A stretch of 64,000 nt of DNA from the IMG/VR virus record IMGVR_UViG_3300020056_002272, positions 1 to 64,000 of that record; one strand, given 5' to 3'. The position numbers and the translations under genes are program-made. The notes below the pieces were generated by a model. That model was given only the letters and a program-made list of their open reading frames with translations. It ran no database searches and was not told the origin of the DNA. Below are positions 46,919 through 55,369 of the stretch, in pieces; position 1 is the stretch's first letter, and every line of letters starts with the position of its first letter. Origin of the DNA: a virus.

Positions 46919-47987
46919 AATTTTCCTTTAGGGGTAATTTAAATTCTTTGTTTTGCATTGCATTTACAACAAATGTAATACGGTCTATATAACTGTCGAT
47001 AAAAGGCTGTTGCAAATAAGGCATCCAAGGATCCTCTTGCAAATGTGTGTAATCGTATTGATAACGTAAACACAATCTATTATCGGTGCTGCCTAAGCGT
47101 CTATGCTGTGTAATGCTATTATCAAACAAACACAAATCGCCGTCTTGCTGATACCAATGGTCGTAAATATATTCATCTACTTCCAGTTCGTTTTTTATTT
47201 TTTCAAGCACTTTACGAGCTTCGTTATCGCTCATGCCTTTGATACCTGTAACGGTATTAAAACTGTAATGTAACCCTTTGTGTCCACCTGGACTGCGTAT
47301 TACCATAGGTATTTCTGCATCTGGGTCTGGAGCCATGTTTTTATACATCAAGTTATCTTGAGCACTGTTTAATCCAGGATTAATTTTACCTGGAGTAAAG
47401 TTATGCAACACAACCATTTCGTCTAATTCGCTGCGAAAACTTTCACTTACATTTTGATAGTAATCTACAGTTGTCAAAAATCCAGTTGCACTTGCAGTGG
47501 TGCCTTCCATGCCCAAAAGAGCAACGCCTGGAGCAAATGCAATGTTACCGCTTTCGTTGCTGTGCCATAATAATTCTCCTTCTGCAAACATGCCTATAGG
47601 ATTACCGTATTCATCCTTTTTACCGCTAACACGTATAATGTTACCCATGTCCTGTCCCACACCTTCTCTAACACGGAAGAATCCCCATATACTGTTACGA
47701 TCGTCTTCGCTTACATCAGGATGTGTCATAATACTATCTAGCTTGCCATTCCACCATGGATACTTTTGAAAAAGCAAACCCCAAAAGGTCATACGATCCT
47801 TGCCCCATTTTCTCATCCATTTATAATAGTTGTTTTTGTCAAGATTGGCTCCTCGTATGATAGTAACCATTTCTTGTAGATGTATTTTACCTATTTCCAT
47901 CCACTGATCATCTGACATATTATTAAAGTCAACATCGTCTATGTATACGCCAAAACTTCCGCATCCTGGTATTTTACTTATTCTCAT
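46905..47987 (-). CDS. TauD/TfdA-like Fe(II)/2-oxoglutarate dioxygenase
   Basis: FGVYIDDVD, LLWHSNE, HWYQQDGDLCLFDNSITQHRR, final R. Confidence 0.8.
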   Translation of the reverse strand: MRISKIPGCGSFGVYIDDVDFNNMSDDQWMEIGKIHLQEMVTIIRGANLDKNNYYKWMRKWGKDRMTFWGLLFQKYPWWNGKLDSIMTHPDVSEDDRNSIWGFFRVREGVGQDMGNIIRVSGKKDEYGNPIGMFAEGELLWHSNESGNIAFAPGVALLGMEGTTASATGFLTTVDYYQNVSESFRSELDEMVVLHNFTPGKINPGLNSAQDNLMYKNMAPDPDAEIPMVIRSPGGHKGLHYSFNTVTGIKGMSDNEARKVLEKIKNELEVDEYIYDHWYQQDGDLCLFDNSITQHRRLGSTDNRLCLRYQYDYTHLQEDPWMPYLQQPFIDSYIDRITFVVNAMQNKEFKLPLKENYVEN

Positions 47988-48630
47988 TTAATCTCTCCTT
48001 TGTCCTGATCAGCCATTTGAAATAATATTCTAGTTGTTTTTCATTACGTGGCCCGTCTAGCAATTCTATAGAACCTATGTAATTATCTGGATTAAAGAAG
48101 TCTGCGATATCTATTGAGTAATCTGCTTCGGGTGTAAAGTTAACAGGAACCAACTTATCCCATTTTTCTCTATTTGTATAATAACGTGTGTTAAATCCAA
48201 TATTATACTTTTCCATATCTGTTTCGTTTGTTAGACCAGAATAATATGTAATGACATTTTCTAATAATAAATTTCTCATTACAGGCTTGTAAGTTATGCC
48301 TACAGTTTTTGCATAATCTCCAAAATGCTTTTTTATTATGCGGGCTTGTTTACTTTTAAAATTTCCTATCCAAATCTTTTTATCTGATTTTTCTAATAAT
48401 GACTCGATTTCGCCTAAGCGGTCAGTCCAATCTATATCTCTAAATGTCATTGGATTATTGTCTGTAAAATCTAATACATATTGTTCGTGATTATTATGTA
48501 TTAGATGCCCGGTGCTAGTTATGTCAGGAGTGCATGGCTGCACCCAATCATCACTCCAACCTGCTAGTGTGTTTATGAAAACATCGCAAATTGTTCCGTA
48601 AGGGCATATGCCAAAATAAAGTTTACTCAT
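47974..48630 (-). CDS. Hypothetical protein (weak sulfotransferase/P-loop-like N-terminus)
   Basis: AGGA RBS and its own promoter; fold assignment weak. Confidence 0.5.
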   Translation of the reverse strand: MSKLYFGICPYGTICDVFINTLAGWSDDWVQPCTPDITSTGHLIHNNHEQYVLDFTDNNPMTFRDIDWTDRLGEIESLLEKSDKKIWIGNFKSKQARIIKKHFGDYAKTVGITYKPVMRNLLLENVITYYSGLTNETDMEKYNIGFNTRYYTNREKWDKLVPVNFTPEADYSIDIADFFNPDNYIGSIELLDGPRNEKQLEYYFKWLIRTKERLNENK

Positions 48631-48648
48631 TGTTGATCCTTTTTATTC

Positions 48649-48677
48649 AGTATAGCATAAAAAAGATATATAAGCAA
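48649..48677 (-). promoter_or_regulatory. Sigma70-type promoter with extended -10
   Basis: TTGCTT-17 nt-TATACT with TGn before the -10 box. Confidence 0.65.
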
Positions 48678-48682
48678 CCTTT

Positions 48683-50062
48683 TTAGTGTAAATCAACCCA
48701 TTCTATGCCAGTAAATCCCTGGAATTTTGAACTATTTACATTAAAAATTATCATTCCTGGCTCTGCTGCCATGCCGTCTCTTTGAGCAAATGTTGTTCCT
48801 TGTGCTTTAAAAATAGGAACTTCTAATACCCCGTCTGAACCAAAAACCAATCTATTTTCATCAGTGAAACTAGGTATTTTATTGCCGTCACTTAAACTAA
48901 TGCCAAATTTGCTAGGTATATATGGGTTGTCTTGGTTATGAGGTTTTGTAGAATCTACATATACACCAAAAGCACCGCCTAGTTTTGTGTTAATACCATC
49001 ATATCCGTTTGCTCCAAACACTGCTAATCCGTCATTGCCTGCAACTGGTTGCGGCGCATCCAAATATCCTTTGTGCGCATTTATATGTATCATAGCCTCA
49101 TGCTGTTTTGTTTGCAAGTTAAATACAATATTTTTGCCAGTAACAGTCAATTCTTCATAACCGTATTCGCCTATTTGTATCCAATTGTTTGTAGCAAGTA
49201 GATTAGTCTTGTTTTCTCCAGTTAGCATTATTTGGTTTAAACTATTACATACTTCACCTTGCAGTTTGCCTTTAAACGTAGCTTTATGATCTATTGTTTC
49301 AAGGGTGTTAATTTCAACTACTGTGGTGCCATCTGGATGAACAATATCTCCAAATATTTTTGCAGTCTGTGCCGCTACATCAATGATAGGTGTGCCGTCT
49401 TTTTGATCAGGATGAACTATACCTCCAATCCAAACAGGCTCGTCGTTTATGATAGCAGTAAGAGGAACGCCTTCTTCCCTATACAGAAATCCTTCTACAT
49501 CGCCTATCATCTTACCATTGTGGATACCATGACTATCACCGATTAAATTACCATGAACTGTTCCTACAACATCGGCCTCTACACTACCTGTTATTACGCC
49601 CTGGAATGTTCCGCTAAAGTCGCCTTGCAGATGATTCCCTTCGGCTAAACTGCCATAAAAATCTCCGTATAGATCGCCTTCAATACGTGCTGCGTATATT
49701 GAATAGTTCTCAATGTCAACTATCAAATCGCCAGCACTTCCTAGTATATTACCCTTTACATCCCCGTGGATCAACCCTAGATGACTATCGACTAATATAC
49801 TATCGTCAATGCCAATGACATCTCCTTTAAGATTTATTTCTGCTAATTTACCATCTATATCGATTATAGTGTCTGCAGATGCATTTTCAATGTTACCTAT
49901 AAGAGGACCGTATAATTTACCCTCGCCTGTATCTACCATGACAAGTCCATCTACAGATACTACATCTCCGCGTATTTGACTAGACCAACTATCAACAATA
50001 ATGCTGCTATCGGCACCTACTATGTCAATTCTATATGCATCTCCTGGGGTAAAATCGGTCAT
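48683..50062 (-). CDS. Fibre/spike-like virion protein with Gly-periodic repeats
   Basis: Start revised to 50062 (AGGAG RBS; GATAAATA at 50082-50089). GDV/GNI...IVD repeats, Gxxx repeats, C-terminal GMIIFNVNSSKFQGFTGIEW module. Confidence 0.65.
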   Translation of the reverse strand: MTDFTPGDAYRIDIVGADSSIIVDSWSSQIRGDVVSVDGLVMVDTGEGKLYGPLIGNIENASADTIIDIDGKLAEINLKGDVIGIDDSILVDSHLGLIHGDVKGNILGSAGDLIVDIENYSIYAARIEGDLYGDFYGSLAEGNHLQGDFSGTFQGVITGSVEADVVGTVHGNLIGDSHGIHNGKMIGDVEGFLYREEGVPLTAIINDEPVWIGGIVHPDQKDGTPIIDVAAQTAKIFGDIVHPDGTTVVEINTLETIDHKATFKGKLQGEVCNSLNQIMLTGENKTNLLATNNWIQIGEYGYEELTVTGKNIVFNLQTKQHEAMIHINAHKGYLDAPQPVAGNDGLAVFGANGYDGINTKLGGAFGVYVDSTKPHNQDNPYIPSKFGISLSDGNKIPSFTDENRLVFGSDGVLEVPIFKAQGTTFAQRDGMAAEPGMIIFNVNSSKFQGFTGIEWVDLH

Positions 50063-50101
50063 TTTTATTCTCCTGTGCATATATTTATCATATTTCGAAT
50101 C

Positions 50102-50130
50102 TTGACAAGAATAATATTTTCTACTATAAT
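50102..50130 (+). promoter_or_regulatory. Perfect sigma70 promoter, likely leaderless transcript
   Basis: TTGACA (50102-07), 17 nt, TATAAT (50125-30); ATG at 50138 with no RBS. Confidence 0.8.
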
Positions 50131-50137
50131 TACTAAT

Positions 50138-51787
50138 ATGTATGACGTTTATTTAATTGCAGATAAAAATTTCTATAAAGACGAATTTTTGCTGTTGAAA
50201 AATAAAATTCCAATGTTAAAATGTGTAAGTTCAGTTGAGCAAGCACAAAAGAGTTGTATTACAAAGTTCTTTTGGGCAGTGTATCCTGACTTGGATATTT
50301 GTGAAGATTTTAATTTTGACTATGTTCCTGATGACTGGAGTCAGGATTATGTCCATGTTTTTTTAAACGGTGACAATTATGATGGTATTAGTTTAATACC
50401 AAAAAAAGCAGCGATATCTCAAAAGGAAATTGATTACAGGTTCTTTGTAAATAAAAAATTTATTGAAGTTGTAGCTAGTAATCCAAAACCATATGATTGT
50501 TTCAAAATAGACAATTATGATGATTATTGCTATGCGCTAGAAAATTCAAAAACAGAAATGTTTTGGGGAACAAGTGCAAATATCGATACTAGTGGTTTTG
50601 CATTTGATATGTATTTTGCATACAACAATCAATATGACAGAAAAACAAATCATGCTTTTATACATTTGGTAAATGATAAAAAATTATTCAACGGAGTATT
50701 TCTATTTTCAAAAAAAGCAAAAGTCTCAAAGCGGGAAATAGAACATAGATTTATTGCTCGTAGAAAAGAATGGGATATTGTAGCAAGCACTCCAAAATTT
50801 TATGATAAATTCATAGTTGATACACACACAGAATATTTACATGCATTAGAAAATACTACAACAGAATTGTTTTATACAATACCTACCACCGTAGAAGTAA
50901 ATACCAATTTTAAATTTGACACATACTTTGAACATTCTAATGTATATGATAGAAATGCACACCATGCTTATTTGAATGGCAAATATAATGATGGTATAAT
51001 TTTGTGTAGCAAGCACACCACTATTACTGAAAGAGAATGGCAATACAGATTTTTTGCAGGCAAAAAAGACAACGATATAGTTGCTAGTCGTCCAAAGCCA
51101 TATGATATAGTTTTTATAAGTTATCAAGAACCTAATGCAGATGAAAATTTTGAAAATCTTATGAATAGATTTCCTCATCGTGTTATACACAGAGTGCATG
51201 GTATCAAAGGTATTCATCAAGCACATATTGAAGCAGCCAAAATATGTGACACTCCAATGGTATGGATTGTGGATGGTGATGCTTGCATAGAGGAGGGGTT
51301 TAATTTTGAATACCAAGTTCCAGTTTGGCAATACAGCAATGTTCATGTTTGGCGTAGTAAAAATCCTATTAATGGGCTTGTTTACGGGTATGGAGGTGTA
51401 AAATTGTTTCCAAAACAGCTTACCATGGACATGGATACAAATGCACTAGATATGACAACAAGCATTAGTGATAAATTTATCGAAGTAAACGAAATTAGTA
51501 ATACAACTAATTTTGCCACGGGAAAGTTTGAAACATGGAAAAGTGCGTTTAGAGAATGTTGTAAACTTTCTAGTAGATCAATTGATCGGCAAGAAGATAT
51601 CGAAACACAGCAAAGATTAGAAATATGGACTACAGTAGGTGCTGATAAACCTTATGGCGATGCAGCAATCAATGGTGCTATTCATGGAAAAAAATATGGC
51701 GAAAACAATAAAGGAAATACACAAGCATTGAAAAAAATTAATGACTTTGATTGGTTAGAGGAATATTACAATGATGCAAATTTATAA
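50138..51787 (+). CDS. GT2-like glycosyltransferase with three degenerate N-terminal repeats
   Basis: Start revised to 50138. C-terminal domain paralogous to 44019 (ISYQEPNA, HGIKGIHQAH, IVDGDA, YGYGGVK, WKSAFRE). Confidence 0.7.
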   Translation: MYDVYLIADKNFYKDEFLLLKNKIPMLKCVSSVEQAQKSCITKFFWAVYPDLDICEDFNFDYVPDDWSQDYVHVFLNGDNYDGISLIPKKAAISQKEIDYRFFVNKKFIEVVASNPKPYDCFKIDNYDDYCYALENSKTEMFWGTSANIDTSGFAFDMYFAYNNQYDRKTNHAFIHLVNDKKLFNGVFLFSKKAKVSKREIEHRFIARRKEWDIVASTPKFYDKFIVDTHTEYLHALENTTTELFYTIPTTVEVNTNFKFDTYFEHSNVYDRNAHHAYLNGKYNDGIILCSKHTTITEREWQYRFFAGKKDNDIVASRPKPYDIVFISYQEPNADENFENLMNRFPHRVIHRVHGIKGIHQAHIEAAKICDTPMVWIVDGDACIEEGFNFEYQVPVWQYSNVHVWRSKNPINGLVYGYGGVKLFPKQLTMDMDTNALDMTTSISDKFIEVNEISNTTNFATGKFETWKSAFRECCKLSSRSIDRQEDIETQQRLEIWTTVGADKPYGDAAINGAIHGKKYGENNKGNTQALKKINDFDWLEEYYNDANL

Positions 51788-52817
51788 AATACTAGATAGG
51801 TTTGAATTACTTTATCCGGATGATGAGCGGGTAAGTAATTTACGCAGGGCTTATGTAGATAGAGATTTGTATACGATCTTTAAAATAGTAGATGCACCTG
51901 AAGATTTGCGTAAAGCCATACTAGAAAAAAATATGCACAGCCTTTTTAGAATTATTGGCGACCAGCAAATTAGCGGCAGTGCCGATGACTTAAGAGCAGC
52001 AGTTATAGATCAAAATATGTATGCTATTTTTAGGTTATTGTCCGACGCAGATGATTTAAAAAAGGCTGTGTGTAATGATAATATACACAGTATCTATAGA
52101 TTGATCAATGCCGGAGATATTGCAAAAATAATCGAATATGATAATTATTGGGTGCTTTTTGATACTCTGCAGGAATATACAAAAAGCCAGTTTGTAGCTG
52201 CATTTAGATATATGTATAACGAAAAAATTGAGTTTGAAGAAGACTGTTTCAGTAGAGGACAGTTAGAAAGCAAACTTTGGCTTATTAATGAATTAGTTAA
52301 GGCTGATTTAGATCTAGGTGTAATATTTTTATGCGCAGGATGGTATGGCACATTGGCCACTATGATGTTTGAAAATAATTTAAAATTTGAAAAAATAAGA
52401 AATTTTGATATTGATCCAACAACTGAAAAAATTGCAGAAATCTTTAATAGTCCGTGGGTTATTGATGGTTGGAAATTTAAACACGTAGAGCAAGATATAC
52501 ATGATATCGACTTTGAAGAACATTGCTATACTGTTTCAAAGGGCGAAAATGACTTTGAAGCCTTATGGGATTCTCCAGACACAATTATAAATACTAGTTG
52601 TGAACATATTGAAAATTTTAGTGATTGGTATGGTAAAATTCCTAAAGGTAAGTTAGTTGTTTTACAGTCAAACGATTATATGGACATAGAGGAACATGTC
52701 AATTGTTCACCTTCATTAAAAGATTTTAGTATATCTACGCCAATGGAGACAGTAATTTATGAAGGAGAACTTGGGTTGCATAATTATACAAGGTTTATGA
52801 AAATTGGATACAAATAA
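51771..52817 (+). CDS. Class I SAM-dependent methyltransferase-like protein with N-terminal helical repeats
   Basis: IFLCAGWYG, NFDIDP, QDIHDI, IINTSCEH. Confidence 0.65.
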   Translation: MMQIYKILDRFELLYPDDERVSNLRRAYVDRDLYTIFKIVDAPEDLRKAILEKNMHSLFRIIGDQQISGSADDLRAAVIDQNMYAIFRLLSDADDLKKAVCNDNIHSIYRLINAGDIAKIIEYDNYWVLFDTLQEYTKSQFVAAFRYMYNEKIEFEEDCFSRGQLESKLWLINELVKADLDLGVIFLCAGWYGTLATMMFENNLKFEKIRNFDIDPTTEKIAEIFNSPWVIDGWKFKHVEQDIHDIDFEEHCYTVSKGENDFEALWDSPDTIINTSCEHIENFSDWYGKIPKGKLVVLQSNDYMDIEEHVNCSPSLKDFSISTPMETVIYEGELGLHNYTRFMKIGYK

Positions 52818-53028
52818 TCTTAGTATTAGGGAATTGCAAAAAGAAAGTGCAAGGGCATTAAGCACAATGCAAGCAACTAATAATAATATTTGGCAATTCA
52901 ATAAGAAAGCTCATCATAATAGTCATAAGTGGTATAAGGCCGTTATTGAATGGTATATAAATGAATATGGAGATTTGCCAAGTAAAGTTGGACCGGGTAA
53001 GGATGTTAAGTTAGTATACGATGTATAA
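52804..53028 (+). CDS. Small hypothetical protein (74 aa)
   Basis: TTG start; overlaps both neighbouring genes. Confidence 0.6.
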   Translation: MDTNNLSIRELQKESARALSTMQATNNNIWQFNKKAHHNSHKWYKAVIEWYINEYGDLPSKVGPGKDVKLVYDV

Positions 53029-54100
53029 GTATGAAGATATACGTGTAGTTCATTTAGAAAATACACAAAATTGTCAGGCAAGTTGCCCAATGTGTGATCG
53101 TAATCAAAATGGCGGTGAAGTAAATCCACATATTGATTTAAGCGAACTAACACTTGAAGATTGTAAACGTATATTCGAGCCTGAATTTATAAAACAGTTA
53201 AATACAATGTATATGTGCGGCAACTTAGGAGATCCTATTGTTGCACGAGATACACTAGAAATATTTCGCTACTTTAGACAATACAATAATAATATGTGGC
53301 TGAGTATGAATACAAATGCGGGGGCAAGAGATGAATCGTGGTGGACGGAATTGGCCGAAATATTTGGCCGTATGGGTGCTGTTATTTTTAGTGTGGATGG
53401 GCTTAGAGATACTAATGATGCCTATAGACAGGGTGTATCTTGGGATTCCGTTAGACGATCAATGACAAGTTTTATTGCAGCAGGCGGTAGAGCTCGCTGG
53501 GATTATTTAATCTTTGAGCACAATCAACATCAGGTTGAAGAAGCTAGACGGTTAAGTGAAGAATGGGGATTTGAAAAATTTGTAGCAAAAAAGACAGGAA
53601 GATTTGTTACAGCCACCAGTGAAAAGAAAGAATCCCATCAAGCAGTAAATCGTAAAGGCGAAAAAACTACACAGCTTAAAAAGCCTGTTGAAAAATATCA
53701 GAATGCAGCTATAAAACAATACGATAAAGTCAAAACAAAACATGGAACAATGGATGCATATTATGACAGCGCAGAAATAAGTTGCAAAGTAAAAGATGAA
53801 GGAAGTCTTTTTATAACAGCAGAAGGACTAGCACTGCCATGTTGTTGGACCGCCGGGCGTATGTATAAATGGTGGCATAAAGATCCTAAGGTTGAACAAG
53901 TTTGGAACTTTATTGATGACGTAGGCGGCAAAGATGCAATCAGTGCTAAAAAACATGGATTACGTGCAGTATTTGACACAGGCATATTTGATAATATAGA
54001 ACGCAGCTGGAACAAACCAAGTTGTGCAGATGGCAAGTTAAAAGTGTGTAGTATGAAGTGCGGTGCGGAGTTTGACCCTTTTGCAGCGCAGTTTAAATAA
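53021..54100 (+). CDS. Radical SAM protein with C-terminal SPASM/twitch-like domain
   Basis: CQASCPMC, CGNLGDP, FSVDG, C...PCCW...C..C. Confidence 0.88.
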   Translation: MYKYEDIRVVHLENTQNCQASCPMCDRNQNGGEVNPHIDLSELTLEDCKRIFEPEFIKQLNTMYMCGNLGDPIVARDTLEIFRYFRQYNNNMWLSMNTNAGARDESWWTELAEIFGRMGAVIFSVDGLRDTNDAYRQGVSWDSVRRSMTSFIAAGGRARWDYLIFEHNQHQVEEARRLSEEWGFEKFVAKKTGRFVTATSEKKESHQAVNRKGEKTTQLKKPVEKYQNAAIKQYDKVKTKHGTMDAYYDSAEISCKVKDEGSLFITAEGLALPCCWTAGRMYKWWHKDPKVEQVWNFIDDVGGKDAISAKKHGLRAVFDTGIFDNIERSWNKPSCADGKLKVCSMKCGAEFDPFAAQFK

Positions 54101-55343
54101 GAGATTGCAATTCAGGAAATGTTTGCATAAAACTTGTTCCTCTTAAGTAATCAAATTTTTCTATGCTTTGTGTAAAACGTTTTTTATATATTTCAATTTT
54201 ATCAGAAGGAATAGTATAATTTAAAAACTTTTTTATACTGTGCATTTTGTATGCCCAGGCAAAATCGTTCTTTTTATATTGCATACTATCTAAGATATTA
54301 TTTGCTTTTTCAAATAAATCTTTATTTGTTTGTAGTATTCTGGCACTAAATGTAACCGGTTCGCTCCATTGACCTAGCACCAAATGATCGTCGGAATCTA
54401 ATTCATATCTATAGAAATCGTATAACTCTTGCATATGCAATGCATTAAAAACATTATAACATGTTTGTATATTGATTTCAACATTAGCAGATTTCAATCT
54501 ATTATATGTGTGTTTCCATTTATCTTGTTTGAGTCCATACCTGATGTATTCTCCTCTTTCGCCGTGTAAGTCATGGCTGAGGGTAATGATAGCCTTTTTA
54601 CCCCAGTTTGCCAAATATTGTTCAATTACATCTACGCTTTTGTATTTTGATATACTTCCATTAGTATGGCTCCAAATACGAATGGTTTTATTTAACTGAT
54701 TTTTAAGCAATACCTCTAGCAGTTCATGCACAGGTTCTTGCATAAATGGCTCGCCACCGTTTATATGTAGAGTTTGTATAGTATCTTTGTGCTGCAAGAT
54801 GTAGTCAATAATTTTATCATTGTTGTTTTGCCATTCATTTATGACTTTGGTATCTTCTGGCTTGCCATGCAAAATATTATATGCACTTGAATATTTGCTA
54901 GCAATTGTGCTACTTAAATCGGCACTGCATCCCATACATGCAAAATTACATTTGTTGCTATATAAAATATCTAACCATACAGGTTTTTGTGAATGTATAA
55001 AACCGTTTGTGTCTGTATTTAATACAGCATCAGTAATTGTAGGGAGTCCTAGTCTATTGTTATCATATCTTTCGTTAGCAATTTTACCTGTATTAGATTC
55101 TATGCCGGCACAATGCTTACATGCAGAATGAAATGTATTTTTAATTAAATTTTTCCTTATATCTTGTGCTGTATTGCTATTAATTATTTCTTCTAAAGTT
55201 TTGTTTTCATCTAGATTACCAATTGCAGTAGGCGATGCACAACAAACTCGTATTTCATTATACTGACCTATATACACACTAGTAAAAGGCGCTGCACAAA
55301 ATTTGTTTTGACCAATAATTTTCGGGTCTAAGAAGTTGCTCAT
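54093..55343 (-). CDS. Radical SAM protein with N-terminal twitch-like segment
   Basis: CAAPF..VCC..CKHC, CNFACMGC, GGEP. Confidence 0.88.
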   Translation of the reverse strand: MSNFLDPKIIGQNKFCAAPFTSVYIGQYNEIRVCCASPTAIGNLDENKTLEEIINSNTAQDIRKNLIKNTFHSACKHCAGIESNTGKIANERYDNNRLGLPTITDAVLNTDTNGFIHSQKPVWLDILYSNKCNFACMGCSADLSSTIASKYSSAYNILHGKPEDTKVINEWQNNNDKIIDYILQHKDTIQTLHINGGEPFMQEPVHELLEVLLKNQLNKTIRIWSHTNGSISKYKSVDVIEQYLANWGKKAIITLSHDLHGERGEYIRYGLKQDKWKHTYNRLKSANVEINIQTCYNVFNALHMQELYDFYRYELDSDDHLVLGQWSEPVTFSARILQTNKDLFEKANNILDSMQYKKNDFAWAYKMHSIKKFLNYTIPSDKIEIYKKRFTQSIEKFDYLRGTSFMQTFPELQSLI

Positions 55344-55355
55344 AAATATATTTAT
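55342..55355. promoter_or_regulatory. Palindromic bidirectional late-type promoter
   Basis: ATAAATATATTTAT is a perfect palindrome giving ATAAATA on both strands between divergent radical SAM genes. Confidence 0.55.
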
Positions 55356-55369
55356 TAAATGCGTATATT

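Noticed and set aside
49976-50137. N-terminal extension of the 49976 ORF
   Set aside because: Overlaps the divergent gene and a perfect sigma70 promoter; ATG 50138 fits better.
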